In this document: positions 21,747-31,183 of the stretch, piece after piece
Layout of the letters: each line of letters opens with the position of its first letter
Position numbering within the stretch: the first letter of the stretch is position 1
NCBI GenBank assembly: GCA_963767715.1
Contig: CAVYFA010000001.1
Location: forward strand, 67,517-131,516
From: an uncultured Chloroflexia bacterium
Lineage (GTDB): Bacteria > Chloroflexota > Ktedonobacteria > Ktedonobacterales > Ktedonobacteraceae
Direction of reading: 5' to 3'
DNA length: 64,000 nucleotides
Position numbers and translations under genes: made by a program
The notes under the pieces: generated by a model
Database searches by the model: none
What the model was told of the DNA's origin: nothing
The model's input: only the letters and a program-made list of their open reading frames with translations

Positions 21747-22955
21747 ATGGTCTATAAAATCATGTCACCATCCTTTTCGTTTCGCATCGAGGCTGAATGC
21801 CCTGACAACTGGGCACGCGCGTGTACCATCCAGACCCCGCACGGTACCATCTCGACGCCCATCTTCATGCCCGTCGGCACGCAGGCTACCGTCAAGAGCG
21901 TCTCGCCGGAAGAACTGCGCGAGGCGAGCGCGCAGATCATCCTCGCCAACACCTACCACCTGATGCTGCGGCCCGGCTCGAAGCTGATCCAGGAGTTCGG
22001 CGGCCTGCATTCGTTCATGCACTGGGATGGACCCATCCTGACCGACAGCGGCGGCTTCCAGGTCTTCAGCCTGGGCCACCTGCGCAAGTTGAGCGAGGAA
22101 GGCGCCGCCTTCAAGTCGCACCTCGACGGCTCGGCGCACATGCTCACGCCGGAAAGCGTCATGCAGATCGAGGCCGAACTGGGTGCGGACATCATCCTGC
22201 CGCTCGACATCTGCGCTGCCTATCCCTGCACGTCCGCAGATGCGCGCCAGGCGATGGAGCGCACGCATCGTTGGGCAGAGCGCGCGCTGGCCGCGAAGGA
22301 GCAGTACCGCCCTGAGCAAACACTTTTCGGCATCGTGCAGGGCGCTTTCGAAGCAGAACTGCGCGAGGAGAGCGCGCGCTACATCGGCGGCCTGCCGTTT
22401 CCCGGCCTCTCCATCGGCGGCCTTTCGGTCGGCGAACCCAAAGCGATGATGTGGGAGATGCTGCGCTGCGTCACACCCATGCTCCCGCGAGAGAAGCCGC
22501 GCCACCTGCTCGGAGTCGGCTCGCCCGAAGACCTGGTGATCGGTGTGGGACTTGGTATGGATATGTTCGACTGCGCCCTGCCGACGCGCGTGGCCCGGCA
22601 CGGCGGCCTGTTCACGCGCTCCGGTCGCGTAAACATCAAGGGAGCGCGCTTCCGCACGGAACATGGCCCTATCGAGGAGGGCTGCGATTGCTACACCTGT
22701 CGCAACTACAGCGCGGCCTACGTGCATCACCTTCTGCGCGCCGGGGAGCAACTGTACTATCGTTTAGCGACCATTCATAACATTCGTTTCATGCTGCGGC
22801 TGGCCGCTGATATGCGCGCCGCCATCCTCGCGGGCAGCTACGCCGCCTTCCGCGACGACTTCCTGGCACGCTACACACCCGCGTCGGAACAGGTGCGCGA
22901 CGAGCAGCGCGAAAAATGGCGGGCGGCACGATTGCGTCTCGATGCATTACATTAA
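21747..22955 (+). CDS. tgt: Queuine tRNA-ribosyltransferase
   Basis: 'TPHGTISTPIFMPVGTQATVK', 'ILANTYHLMLRPG', 'DGPILTDSGGFQVFSL' and the zinc site 'CDCYTCRNYSAAYVHHL'. Confidence 0.92.
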   Translation: MVYKIMSPSFSFRIEAECPDNWARACTIQTPHGTISTPIFMPVGTQATVKSVSPEELREASAQIILANTYHLMLRPGSKLIQEFGGLHSFMHWDGPILTDSGGFQVFSLGHLRKLSEEGAAFKSHLDGSAHMLTPESVMQIEAELGADIILPLDICAAYPCTSADARQAMERTHRWAERALAAKEQYRPEQTLFGIVQGAFEAELREESARYIGGLPFPGLSIGGLSVGEPKAMMWEMLRCVTPMLPREKPRHLLGVGSPEDLVIGVGLGMDMFDCALPTRVARHGGLFTRSGRVNIKGARFRTEHGPIEEGCDCYTCRNYSAAYVHHLLRAGEQLYYRLATIHNIRFMLRLAADMRAAILAGSYAAFRDDFLARYTPASEQVRDEQREKWRAARLRLDALH

Positions 22956-22959
22956 GTAC

Positions 22960-23150
22960 ATAGGGGGCGACGATGCCAGGGCGGCTGCGAGTTATCGATC
23001 ACCGGCACGTCGCCCGAGGTCGGCCCGTATATAGAGCGACGATGCCAGGGCGACCGCGAGGGTCGCCCCTACAATATACGATGACATGTCCTACCCGTAT
23101 AGGGTAGGGGCGACCCTCGCGGTCGCTCTGAAAACTGAAAACTGGAAACA
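22960..23150. repeat. Composite palindromic repeat element: a direct repeat of GGCGACGATGCCAGGGCG (x2) plus a 23-bp inverted repeat GCGACCGCGAGGGTCGCCCCTAC / GTAGGGGCGACCCTCGCGGTCGC
   Basis: Direct reading. Same core as the elements at 901-989 and 29176-29205. It sits between the tgt stop and the lplA-like start. Confidence 0.6.
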
Positions 23151-23161
23151 GGGGAACAACA

Positions 23162-23983
23162 ATGTCCGCCTACCGCTTTCTAAATACCGGCGTCCTGGAC
23201 GCCGCGACGAATATGGCAATCGACGAGGCTGTGCTGCTGCACCTCCTGCGTGGTGACTCGCCGCCCACGCTGCGTGTCTTTCGCTGGTCCGTCCCTTCCA
23301 TCTCGCTGGGGCGCTTCCAGAGCATCGAGCGCGAAATCCTGACCGATGTCTGCCGGCAGCAAGGAGTAGCGCTTGTGCGGCGACCAACGGGCGGGCGCGC
23401 CGTCTATCACCGCGACGAATTTACCTACAGCATCGTCATCGGAAAGCGGCACGGCGTGCCGTCCGGCATTGTCCCCGCTTATGCCTATCTCGCACAGGGC
23501 CTGCTGGCCGCGCTGGACAGGCTGGGCGTCCACGCAGAATTAAGCGACGAGCGCGTCAGCAAGCACCCATCTGCCGCCTGCTTCGCCTCCTCCACCCAGG
23601 CCGACCTGACGAGCGGCGGCTTCAAGCTGATCGGCAGCGCGCAGGTGTGGAAAGACGATGCCCTGCTGCAACAGGGTTCGCTACCCCTGGATGATCGCGC
23701 GGCGGAATTTTTCGCCATGCTGCGCTACCCAGACGAGGCCGCGCGCTCTGAGGCGCTGGCCCTCTATCGCGAGAAAACCACGCCCCTGCACTCCTTCGCT
23801 CCAAGCGTTACGTGGGAAGATGTCGCCCAGGCTTTCCGCGAAGGCTTCAGCGGCGCGCTGCACGTCGAATTTGTCCCGGGTCAGTTGAGCGCATCCGAAT
23901 GGGAATTGACGAGGCAACTGGTGGAGGAGAAGTACAGCAAGCTGGATTGGCGCAGGGAGCGCGTAAATCTGATCGGCGCGTAG
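23162..23983 (+). CDS. Lipoate-protein ligase A / octanoyltransferase family (BPL_LplA_LipB domain)
   Basis: 'NMAIDEAVL', 'LRVFRWSVPSISLGRFQ', 'RRPTGGRAVYHRDEFTYSIV', 'GGFKLIGSAQVW' are the LplA/LipM-type catalytic-domain motifs. Confidence 0.8.
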   Translation: MSAYRFLNTGVLDAATNMAIDEAVLLHLLRGDSPPTLRVFRWSVPSISLGRFQSIEREILTDVCRQQGVALVRRPTGGRAVYHRDEFTYSIVIGKRHGVPSGIVPAYAYLAQGLLAALDRLGVHAELSDERVSKHPSAACFASSTQADLTSGGFKLIGSAQVWKDDALLQQGSLPLDDRAAEFFAMLRYPDEAARSEALALYREKTTPLHSFAPSVTWEDVAQAFREGFSGALHVEFVPGQLSASEWELTRQLVEEKYSKLDWRRERVNLIGA

Positions 23984-24069
23984 CGGCAGAGGCGGTTTTC
24001 CGGAATACTGCCTTTCTTCCATAGAACTAATGAAACTTTTTCCAATGGCAATCCGTAATCCATTCAGGT

Positions 24070-24465
24070 ATGGTATTTACCCACTACCAGACCGGATACC
24101 CACTTGAACCTTTCGGGAATGCTGGCAGGTATCATCCCCCGATACCTGCCAGCATTCCAATTTGGCTCAGCCCATATGCGACACATCGCCACCCTGATTT
24201 TTGGGAGAAGCCTGAGGTGTTTGACCCGGAACGCTTCTCGCCCGAACGCGCCGCCGGTCGTCAACACTTCGCCTACTTTCCGTTCGGTGGTGGACCGCGC
24301 CTCTGCATCGGCAGCAACTTCGCCATGATGGAGGCGCAACTGATTCTGGCGACAATCGCCCAGCGCTACTGCCTGCGTGTGATGCCCGGCCACCGCGTCG
24401 AACCGGAAGTCCTGCTCACCATGCGCCCCCGCAATGGTCTGCCAATGTTGCTTCAGGAACGCTAA
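24070..24465 (+). pseudogene. Cytochrome P450 C-terminal fragment (heme-binding loop only); the N-terminal ~300 aa are absent
   Basis: 'HRHPDFWEKPEVFDPERF...FAYFPFGGGPRLCIGSNFAMMEAQLILATIAQRY' is the P450 Cys-ligand loop and L-helix. There is no upstream I-helix or K-helix coding sequence. Confidence 0.7.
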
Positions 24466-24558
24466 CTGCTCAAAAGACAGAGGCCCGGCTTACCCTTCCA
24501 AAATAGGGAGCCTAATCCCAAATCCCGTAGGAGCCGGTTTACCGTGCTCAGAGCCGAT

Positions 24559-26016
24559 TTATCGGCGCGAATCCTCATCGATTTGACGGAGTCCTGACTT
24601 CCCTCCCCATCCGTCTGGTTCCAGCCGCTTCGCCTGTTCTCTGGCGCCACGTCCAGTGGTAGGACGCAGCCACAGCGAGACATGCGCCGGCTGCATCGTC
24701 TCCTCCACGACAGCCAGCAGGTGCTCGCTCAATTGTTGCATGTCCACCTCATTGCGAAGGGTGGTGCTGAAGGCCGCCAGCGTGCGAGTCGCGTCGTACT
24801 TTTTCCGATAAAAGCGGCGATCAATGATGCTCTGTATGCGCCGACGAAGGGGTTGGAAGAGCGCGGCAATGGCTAGCGTGGAGACAACGAGCGCGACGGC
24901 GTTTGTCTGGTGGAGCAGCCCACCGAGCAGGGCTTGCAGGCCAAGTATCAAGCCAACGTAGACGGCAGCTAACAGCGTGGACAGCAGGCCATAGACCAGC
25001 GCCTTGTTGATGATAGCATCGATGTCCCACAGGCGATAGCGCAGGATGGCGATGGCGAGCGAAAGCGGCAAGAGGAAGAATAGCAGGGCACCGCCGTTGA
25101 AGATAAGGGCATCAAGGAAGACGTTATGCTGAATGGACAGGAGCGTGGGAGCGATTGCGAGCGCCACGGTTGAGATAACCACCACCACAAAGAAACTGAA
25201 GGCGAACCACTTGGTTTGCTGCCGTTCTACAGGGGTAGATACCCGAAAGTAGCGATAGAGCTGCGCCAGCGTTAGAACGAACAAGCTGCCGAACCAGGTA
25301 ATCGCATTACCCAGGTTGTTAAAGAGCAGCGCGGCGGGGAGGTGCAGCAGGAGCATGGGTATCAGGTAGCAGATCGTATACACAGGATAGATCGGCGCAA
25401 CCCAACGCGACCAGCGCGGTACGAAGCGCCCGTTGGGGAAAAGAGCGAGCGTATACAGTATAGCCACGCTCTCGATCAGTAATACGGCATTTGCCAGCAC
25501 CACCCAGATCGAAGAGCCATACTCCAAAGGGCCGGTTATAGCGTTTGCACCGGTACTGACACCCATCAGCGCCACCAGCAGCGCCATCCAGTCGTCCGAT
25601 TTGCGCCAGAAAATGATGCCACCCAGCACAATAGAGGCGAGCGCATTAAATCCACTAAAGCCGAGGTACTGCCAGGCATGAGCATCCAGTGAGAACCCAT
25701 ACTTCGCAAGATCCCGAATCTGGCTTGCAGTCAGCAATTGGCTGCCATTACAATTCACGCTGCCGAACGGACAGGGCCTGTGCAGAAACGCGAACACTGC
25801 CGGCACGCTGGCGATGGCGGCGCCCACCACGAAGAGCGCCAGGACGATCCACACGAGGCGGGCCAGCAGCAGCCAGCGCCCGGATAGACGTGTGGTCGCG
25901 GGTATGCTCAAGCGGGCCTGTCCTATCACGCGCGCCGGTAGATGCCAGAAACTCATGCGCATCCCTCCTCTTCCAGGTGCAGGTGAGATGACAAAACGCC
26001 GAAATGAGTGCAACAA
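24559..26016 (-). CDS. Polytopic membrane protein with a C-terminal sensor-like cytoplasmic segment (no kinase domain)
   Basis: About 12 TM helices. The C-terminal 'IDRRFYRKKYDATRTLAAFSTTLRNEVDMQQLSEHLLAVVEETMQPAHVSLWL' resembles the juxtamembrane linker seen ahead of output domains in sensor proteins, but the ORF ends there. Confidence 0.45.
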   Translation of the reverse strand: MLHSFRRFVISPAPGRGGMRMSFWHLPARVIGQARLSIPATTRLSGRWLLLARLVWIVLALFVVGAAIASVPAVFAFLHRPCPFGSVNCNGSQLLTASQIRDLAKYGFSLDAHAWQYLGFSGFNALASIVLGGIIFWRKSDDWMALLVALMGVSTGANAITGPLEYGSSIWVVLANAVLLIESVAILYTLALFPNGRFVPRWSRWVAPIYPVYTICYLIPMLLLHLPAALLFNNLGNAITWFGSLFVLTLAQLYRYFRVSTPVERQQTKWFAFSFFVVVVISTVALAIAPTLLSIQHNVFLDALIFNGGALLFFLLPLSLAIAILRYRLWDIDAIINKALVYGLLSTLLAAVYVGLILGLQALLGGLLHQTNAVALVVSTLAIAALFQPLRRRIQSIIDRRFYRKKYDATRTLAAFSTTLRNEVDMQQLSEHLLAVVEETMQPAHVSLWLRPTTGRGAREQAKRLEPDGWGGKSGLRQIDEDSRR

Positions 26017-26053
26017 CCACTTCTAAAGTAATGAGACACCGCGCGCCCTAGCC

Positions 26054-27112
26054 TTGGATGAACAATACAGCAGCCAACGGGGGCAAGCCTATTTGAACGT
26101 GATTGATGTGCACAGTGGACAAGTCTGGGCCAGCATTCCTCCGGTAGCGGTTAACGGCGAAAGTTGGACCTTGCTGTTGTGGTATTTGCAGGAGCAAGGC
26201 ATCACCCGTTCGGGTACGGTAAGTGATGGAGGGCGGGCAATCCAGGAAGCCGTGCGTCAAGTTCGCGCAGAGAGCGGGCACCAAAGGGACGTCTGGCACC
26301 TCTTCCATGTGGCGGCGCAAGTCCAAGGACGCCTGGATCGGGCGGTCCAAGGCGAACAGGAGCGGTTGTGCACCATCCAGCGGCACGCCGAACGAGCCGC
26401 AAAGGGCATCCGAACACGCGGCAGGTGTCCCAAAACGACCATGGCTCAACAGAAGGCCCGCCTTGCTCAGATGAGCTATGTCGCTGATGGGGTGCGCTAT
26501 CTCTGCCACGAATTGCACACCTTGTTGGAGGTGGTTGTGCCCCAGTCTGACCGCTTGCTCAGCAGTGAACTCCGTCAAGGCAAGATCGTCACCGTGCTGG
26601 ATTTGTTGGATGAGCTGGTCCCATCTGCCACGTCGGCGCTGCAAGGGCAGCTTCAGATGCTCGCCAAGCAGGTCCGTTTGGCTTTGCCTCAGACGCTGTT
26701 GTTTGCGCGACGACTGGATGTGATACAGGAACAAGCAAACCAGCACTTGGGACCCAAGGCCGTCGCTTTGTTGGCGTGGGCCTGGTTGCGTCGATCCGTG
26801 TTGGGTCCGACCACTCATGACTTGCTGCAAAGCATTGACCCGGCCTGGCAAGCCGGTGCGCAAACGCTTCTGTCCTGCTGGGATCAAGCCGTGCGGGCCA
26901 GTAGTGCCGTCGAAAATTGGCATAGCATTGTCCGACCTCATTTGGCCGTTCATCGCACCTTGTCGGCGGACTTCCTGGCGTTGTTGGCTGTTTGGCATAA
27001 CCATCGCCAGGCTCCACGAGGACCACATCAGGGTTTGTTAAGAAGCGTTTACTCAAACATTATAGTACCATATGCCCGTTACGAAAACGTTACAGAGGCC
27101 AGCAAAGTATGA
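26054..27112 (+). mobile_element. Truncated DDE-type transposase (C-terminal ~350 aa; the N-terminal catalytic region is missing)
   Basis: 'TVSDGGRAIQEAV' is a candidate second-D region. The C-terminal 'SSAVENWHSIVRPHLAVHRTLS' resembles the conserved transposase C-terminal helix (IS4/IS701-like). There is no plausible N-terminus or inverted repeats, and it abuts other gene fragments. Confidence 0.4.
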
Positions 27113-27160
27113 ATGGGGTGTCAGGAGTAGGGGGAAGAGAAATATTCGGGCTCTTTTCTT

Positions 27161-27412
27161 TTAGCCCTCAGTCTCCTTCCATACAGAGGCAAAAAACTGC
27201 TCTACATGCACTAACAACCCGGACACGATCTGTGAGGGAAGCGTTGCCTTGCCACGATAGACGCCCTGTGAATGATAATCCCCTTCGTCTAATATTAGCA
27301 CCTCTATGGTGCCTGCATCAGGATCGACAATCCAGTACTCCGGTACACCTGCGCGAGCATAGGCATCTATTTTTCTGTGCCTGTCGTGGGTTTCGCTGCC
27401 GGGTGAAACACC
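27161..27412 (-). pseudogene. Uma2-family (DUF820) endonuclease C-terminal fragment
   Basis: The minus-strand translation 'GVSPGSETHDRHRKIDAYARAGVPEYWIVDPDAGTIEVLILDEGDYHSQGVYRGKATLPS' matches the Uma2 signature (SPSxxxxDxxxKxxxYxxxGVxEYWIVD). The frame opens right after a TAG and no N-terminal half is present. Confidence 0.65.
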
Positions 27413-27520
27413 CTATAGCCAAGCCGCCCAAAATACAGTACAATAGCATCAATATTCCTATGCGAAATCTTTGGGCGGCTGAGCGGATGGTTCGACTCCG
27501 TCGTCGATAAGGAGCGAGTT

Positions 27521-28222
27521 GTGAGCATTTCGATAGAGGTAGCGCGCCGTGTGATGGAGGCCTGCAAGCAGCGCGCGCATGAATTACGTAGCCCCGTCAG
27601 CATCGCTATCGTTGACTCCGGGGGGCACCTGGTGCTGTATGAGCGTATGATGGCGCCGTACGGCTGGGCGACGGGCAATATCAGCATCGCCAAGGCCAGC
27701 ACGGCCGTAATGTTCAATCAATCGACCGACGCTGTGGCGCAGTGGGGATCGGGCATCCCTGGTTTTGCCGCGAGCATGGCCAGCATGGCCCAGGGCAAGT
27801 TCATCATGGCGGCCGGTGGATGGCCAATTCGCCAGGGAGGAACGACTATCGGCGGCGTAGGGGTGAGTGGAGGCAATGCCCCTGGCCGCGACGATGATAT
27901 CGCGCGCGCCGGGCTGGCAGCGCTCGAAGCGGCGCTGGCCCCGCATTCCAGCTACGTGCCTCACTCGCCGCAGCCCCCCGTTCCCGCGCAGGCAGTCAGA
28001 CCGGCTCAACAAGGACAGGTGGCATCGCCCACTCCTCTGCAAGCGGCTCCGGCCTACCCATCGATCTCGCAAGCCCAGGTAATTCCACTGCAGCCGCCGC
28101 AGGGAGCCAGCTTCAGCTCGCCCATGCAGCCCGCTGCCAGTTCTTATCTTGATAATAATGCGGAACAGGAAAATAGCGACGAACAGAAACCGTTAAATGA
28201 CGAACAAGAATCGTCACTTTAA
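27521..28222 (+). CDS. GlcG/HbpS-like (DUF336) heme-binding-family protein with a ~90-aa Pro/Gln/Ala-rich C-terminal tail (GTG start)
   Basis: AAGGAG RBS at 27508-27513. 'SIAIVDSGGHLVLYERM', 'NISIAKASTAVMF', 'GGVGVSGGNAPGRDDDIARAGL' are GlcG-family motifs. The tail is 'SPQPPVPAQAVRPAQQGQVASPTPLQAAPAYP...'. Confidence 0.7.
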   Translation: MSISIEVARRVMEACKQRAHELRSPVSIAIVDSGGHLVLYERMMAPYGWATGNISIAKASTAVMFNQSTDAVAQWGSGIPGFAASMASMAQGKFIMAAGGWPIRQGGTTIGGVGVSGGNAPGRDDDIARAGLAALEAALAPHSSYVPHSPQPPVPAQAVRPAQQGQVASPTPLQAAPAYPSISQAQVIPLQPPQGASFSSPMQPAASSYLDNNAEQENSDEQKPLNDEQESSL

Positions 28223-28296
28223 GCTGCTCTTATTCTGACCGGCAGTGCACTGCTTTCTACCTGTACTCATCCGGTCGGAGATGTTGGAGGTCAACA

Positions 28297-29124
28297 ATGA
28301 ACCAGAATGCAAATAACGGCTCGACGCCCAGCGCGCAAGACGCGCAGCAGCCGGGCAAGGCGGCCACCTATAAACGCTCAAACCGCCAGGGACGCAACCG
28401 GCCCATGCTTATCACCCCTACCGATGGGGAGCAACCAACCGCCATAACGCGGCAATCGGATATCGACGAGGCGCTCCCGGCAGCTTCCGCCGCTACCATT
28501 GGCACGCCGGAGAAAAAGGGCCGCCCGAAATTTTTCTCGACCCTTGGCAGGAAAGAGGCTGCCGGCGAAACGATAACGGCCGACCCGGATGCCGCGCGTC
28601 TCGCGCGTGCCATACGAGGAAAAACTGCTTCAACCGCGAAATCCGACGAGAAAAAGCAAGAGGCGAGTACGCACGCGAAGGCCGTCGCGCCGGCGAAGAG
28701 CAATGCCGCGCGTCCAGCGCAGCCCGCCCGCAGGGGAGGGTTCAAGCCCCGCCACTTGATCGGCATCCTCCTCTACTTGATCGTGGCAGACGTGGCGGGC
28801 CTATATGAAAAGCAGTTGCTGGTGAACGGTGGCCTTGAAAAATTGCTCTTCACCATCGGCCCGGTCCAGGTCTACCTTTCGACCGTGACGTTCCTGCTCA
28901 CGCTGGTCGTGCTGCTGGTCGTCCTGGCACGCTTCGACCTGGTGCCGCGCAGCCTGGCGCCCGCTTCTACGCAGGCTCGACCTGCAAGCAAAGGGCAGGC
29001 GCAAACGCCTTCCAACAGCACCGACACGGGGATGAGGCAGGGAGTCAAAGGCGCGGATGACAATCTTTACCAGGAATATCGCCAGAACCAGCGTTACTGG
29101 CAGCGCAAGGACCGCAAAAAATAG
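28297..29124 (+). CDS. Hypothetical protein with a low-complexity basic N-terminal region and one C-terminal TM segment
   Basis: GGAGGTCAACA RBS then ATG. Ala/Lys/Pro-rich N-terminus. TM 'LSTVTFLLTLVVLLVVLA'. Confidence 0.4.
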   Translation: MNQNANNGSTPSAQDAQQPGKAATYKRSNRQGRNRPMLITPTDGEQPTAITRQSDIDEALPAASAATIGTPEKKGRPKFFSTLGRKEAAGETITADPDAARLARAIRGKTASTAKSDEKKQEASTHAKAVAPAKSNAARPAQPARRGGFKPRHLIGILLYLIVADVAGLYEKQLLVNGGLEKLLFTIGPVQVYLSTVTFLLTLVVLLVVLARFDLVPRSLAPASTQARPASKGQAQTPSNSTDTGMRQGVKGADDNLYQEYRQNQRYWQRKDRKK

Positions 29125-29175
29125 TTTCCAGCGCAACCCTATACGTATTGGCGGGTAGAATGGACTATCGTCGTA

Positions 29176-29205
29176 GGGTAGGGGCGACCCTTGCGGTCGC
29201 TCTGG
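29176..29205. repeat. Half-copy of the palindromic repeat family (GTAGGGTAGGGGCGACCCTTGCGGTCGCTCTGG)
   Basis: Direct match to the right arm of the elements at 901-989 and 23040-23150. Confidence 0.55.
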
Positions 29206-29411
29206 AAATACGATACCTCGACTCGAATCATATACGTATGGTATACTTTTACAAATAAGTATACTAGGAAGAGTTATATTCCCAACTTGTAGGGGACGCG
29301 CTGGATAGCGTCCTCACTGGCAAAGCGGCCCGGTACAGGCGATCATATTCCGACCGGCATTAGACTGCGTCTATTCTAAGTGTTAGCCGATCGGAACAGT
29401 AGCAGGAGGGG

Positions 29412-30041
29412 ATGAATGGCATCTCCGTGGATGAACATGACATGAACGAGGAGCAAGAGAATACCGCTATGCCGACACGCATTATTATTGCAGACGACGA
29501 AACCATCCAGCGCATGGACCTGAAAGATATCCTGACCAAGCAGGGCTACCTGGTGGTGGGCGAGGCCGGTGATGGCTCTAGCGCCGTCAACCTGGCGCGG
29601 GAAGTGCGCCCGGACCTTGTGATTATGGATATTCGCATGCCCGATATGGACGGCATCGCGGCGGCAGAAGCGCTCACCCAGGAAAAGATTGCGCCGGTGC
29701 TGCTGTTGACCGCTTTTGGCGATCAGCAACTGGTGGAGCGAGCCAAAGAAGCAGGTGTTGTCAACTACATTGTCAAGCCCCTGCGCGAAAGTGAAGTCAG
29801 CCCTGCTATTGAGGTTGCGCTCGCCCGCTACAACGAGTTCCGCGCCATGGAGGAGAAGGCTAGAACGCTCTCCGATCAGCTTGAGACGCGCAAGGTCGTC
29901 GAGCGCGCCAAGGGGCTGTTGATGGAAAAACAGGGCCTTTCCGAGCAGGAGGCCTTCCGCAAGATACAGAAAGCCAGCATGAATAATCGCAAGTCGATGC
30001 GCGAAGTAGCGGAGGCGATCTTGCTGACGAACGAAATGTAG
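29412..30041 (+). CDS. Response regulator with a receiver domain and a C-terminal ANTAR RNA-binding domain (AmiR/NasT type)
   Basis: Receiver 'RIIIADDETIQRMDLKDIL...DLVIMDIRMPDMDGI...VLLLTAF'. ANTAR 'LETRKVVERAKGLLMEKQGLSEQEAFRKIQKASMNNRKSMREVAEAIL'. AGGAGGGG RBS is present. Confidence 0.85.
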   Translation: MNGISVDEHDMNEEQENTAMPTRIIIADDETIQRMDLKDILTKQGYLVVGEAGDGSSAVNLAREVRPDLVIMDIRMPDMDGIAAAEALTQEKIAPVLLLTAFGDQQLVERAKEAGVVNYIVKPLRESEVSPAIEVALARYNEFRAMEEKARTLSDQLETRKVVERAKGLLMEKQGLSEQEAFRKIQKASMNNRKSMREVAEAILLTNEM

Positions 30042-30063
30042 AGATGCTAGTATTGGAGCTTTT

Positions 30064-31161
30064 ATGTCTCCAACTGTTACTACCGATGATGCAGTCGTAA
30101 CCATAGTTGGTATTCGTTTTCGGCCTGCCGGACGTATCTACTATTTTGATCCGCGCGGGCAGGCATATACGACCGGTCAGTACGTCATCGTCGAAACGGT
30201 ACGCGGGGTAGAAGCCGGGCGCGTGGTGATCGCGCCAAAGAAGATTCCCGAACGGGAGTTGAGCGATCCACTCAAGCCCGTGCAGCGCCTGGCCAGCGAA
30301 GATGAACTGCGCATGATGCTCTCCTACAAGGGGAAAGAGAAGGAGGCGCTGGCGCAGTGCGACCGGCAGGTGAAACAGCATAAGCTGCCAATGAAGTTGG
30401 TGGAGGCCGAATATACTTTTGATGGGAGCCGCCTGACCTTTTATTTTGTCGCCGAAGAGCGCGTGGATTTTCGCGCGCTGGTGCGCGACCTGGCAGCAAC
30501 CTTTCGCACGCGCATCGAGCTGCGCCAGATCGGAGCCAGGGACCAGGCCAAGCTGCAGGGCGGCGTTGGCATCTGCGGGAAAACTCTGTGTTGCAGTTCG
30601 TGGATTACCGATTTCGGCGTGGTCTCCATCAAAATGGCGAAGGAGCAGGATTTACCGCTCAACCCCGCCAAGATTTCGGGCGTGTGTGGACGATTGCTGT
30701 GTTGCCTGGCTTACGAAAACGACACATACGCGCAAGCCAAGCAGACTATGCCGCCTGTCGGCTCAATCATGGATACTCCAAGTGGCACGGGCCGGGTCGT
30801 TTCGATCAATGTGCCGCGCTCTTCCATCGAAGTGATGCTGGAAAGCGGGGTTATTATCCAGGTGCCGGTATCCCAATCGGCTAAAAGCGGGATGTGCTGC
30901 GCATCTGGAGCATGCGGCATTGCAGCCGCTAAAGCGGGCGACGCGAGCAATAGTGGCGCGGGTGGCTCGTGCGCCACCGGCGGATGCGGGAAGCCAGGCT
31001 GCGGCTCGGGTGGGAGCTGCGGATGCGGGAAAGGCGCTGCGGCCAGCGTGGAGGGCAGCAATATGGATAACGCGACGGGCAGCGTAATGACCAGCTCTAG
31101 AGGATGTGGCACTTGCGGCTTAAAACGAAAGACAACTCCTCGCGTGCTGGCTGAAGCATAG
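30064..31161 (+). CDS. ricT: PSP1 C-terminal domain protein (RicT/YaaT-like) with an unusual Cys/Gly-rich C-terminal tail
   Basis: 'VVTIVGIRFRPAGRIYYFDP...YVIVETVRGVEAGRV' and 'GGVGICGKTLCCSSWITDFGVVSIKMAKEQDLPLNPAKISGVCGRLLCCLAYE' are PSP1 hallmarks. The tail is 'CCASGACGIAAAKAG...GSCATGGCGKPGCGSGGSCGCGKG...GCGTCG'. Confidence 0.8.
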   Translation: MSPTVTTDDAVVTIVGIRFRPAGRIYYFDPRGQAYTTGQYVIVETVRGVEAGRVVIAPKKIPERELSDPLKPVQRLASEDELRMMLSYKGKEKEALAQCDRQVKQHKLPMKLVEAEYTFDGSRLTFYFVAEERVDFRALVRDLAATFRTRIELRQIGARDQAKLQGGVGICGKTLCCSSWITDFGVVSIKMAKEQDLPLNPAKISGVCGRLLCCLAYENDTYAQAKQTMPPVGSIMDTPSGTGRVVSINVPRSSIEVMLESGVIIQVPVSQSAKSGMCCASGACGIAAAKAGDASNSGAGGSCATGGCGKPGCGSGGSCGCGKGAAASVEGSNMDNATGSVMTSSRGCGTCGLKRKTTPRVLAEA

Positions 31162-31183
31162 AGTTTGCTGTAAAAGCAAGCGA

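Noticed and set aside
22960-23060. Direct repeats of an 18-mer considered as a possible CRISPR array
   Set aside because: There are only two copies, the spacing is irregular, and they are embedded in a palindromic REP-like element. No cas genes lie nearby.
27418-27477. 11-bp inverted repeat (AGCCGCCCAAA ... TTTGGGCGGCT) with a 38-nt loop between the Uma2 remnant and the glcG-like gene
   Set aside because: It could be a remnant terminal inverted repeat or a regulatory hairpin. No supporting feature (riboswitch consensus, T-tract) is visible, so it is kept only as a note.
27485-27495. tRNA-like T-arm motif GGTTCGACTCC
   Set aside because: No complementary acceptor stem, D-arm or anticodon arm can be built in either orientation. 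It is probably chance.
27109-27510. 133-aa plus-strand ORF spanning the transposase end / Uma2 remnant region
   Set aside because: No RBS or domain signal. The minus strand here encodes a recognisable Uma2 C-terminal fragment, so the plus ORF is likely spurious.
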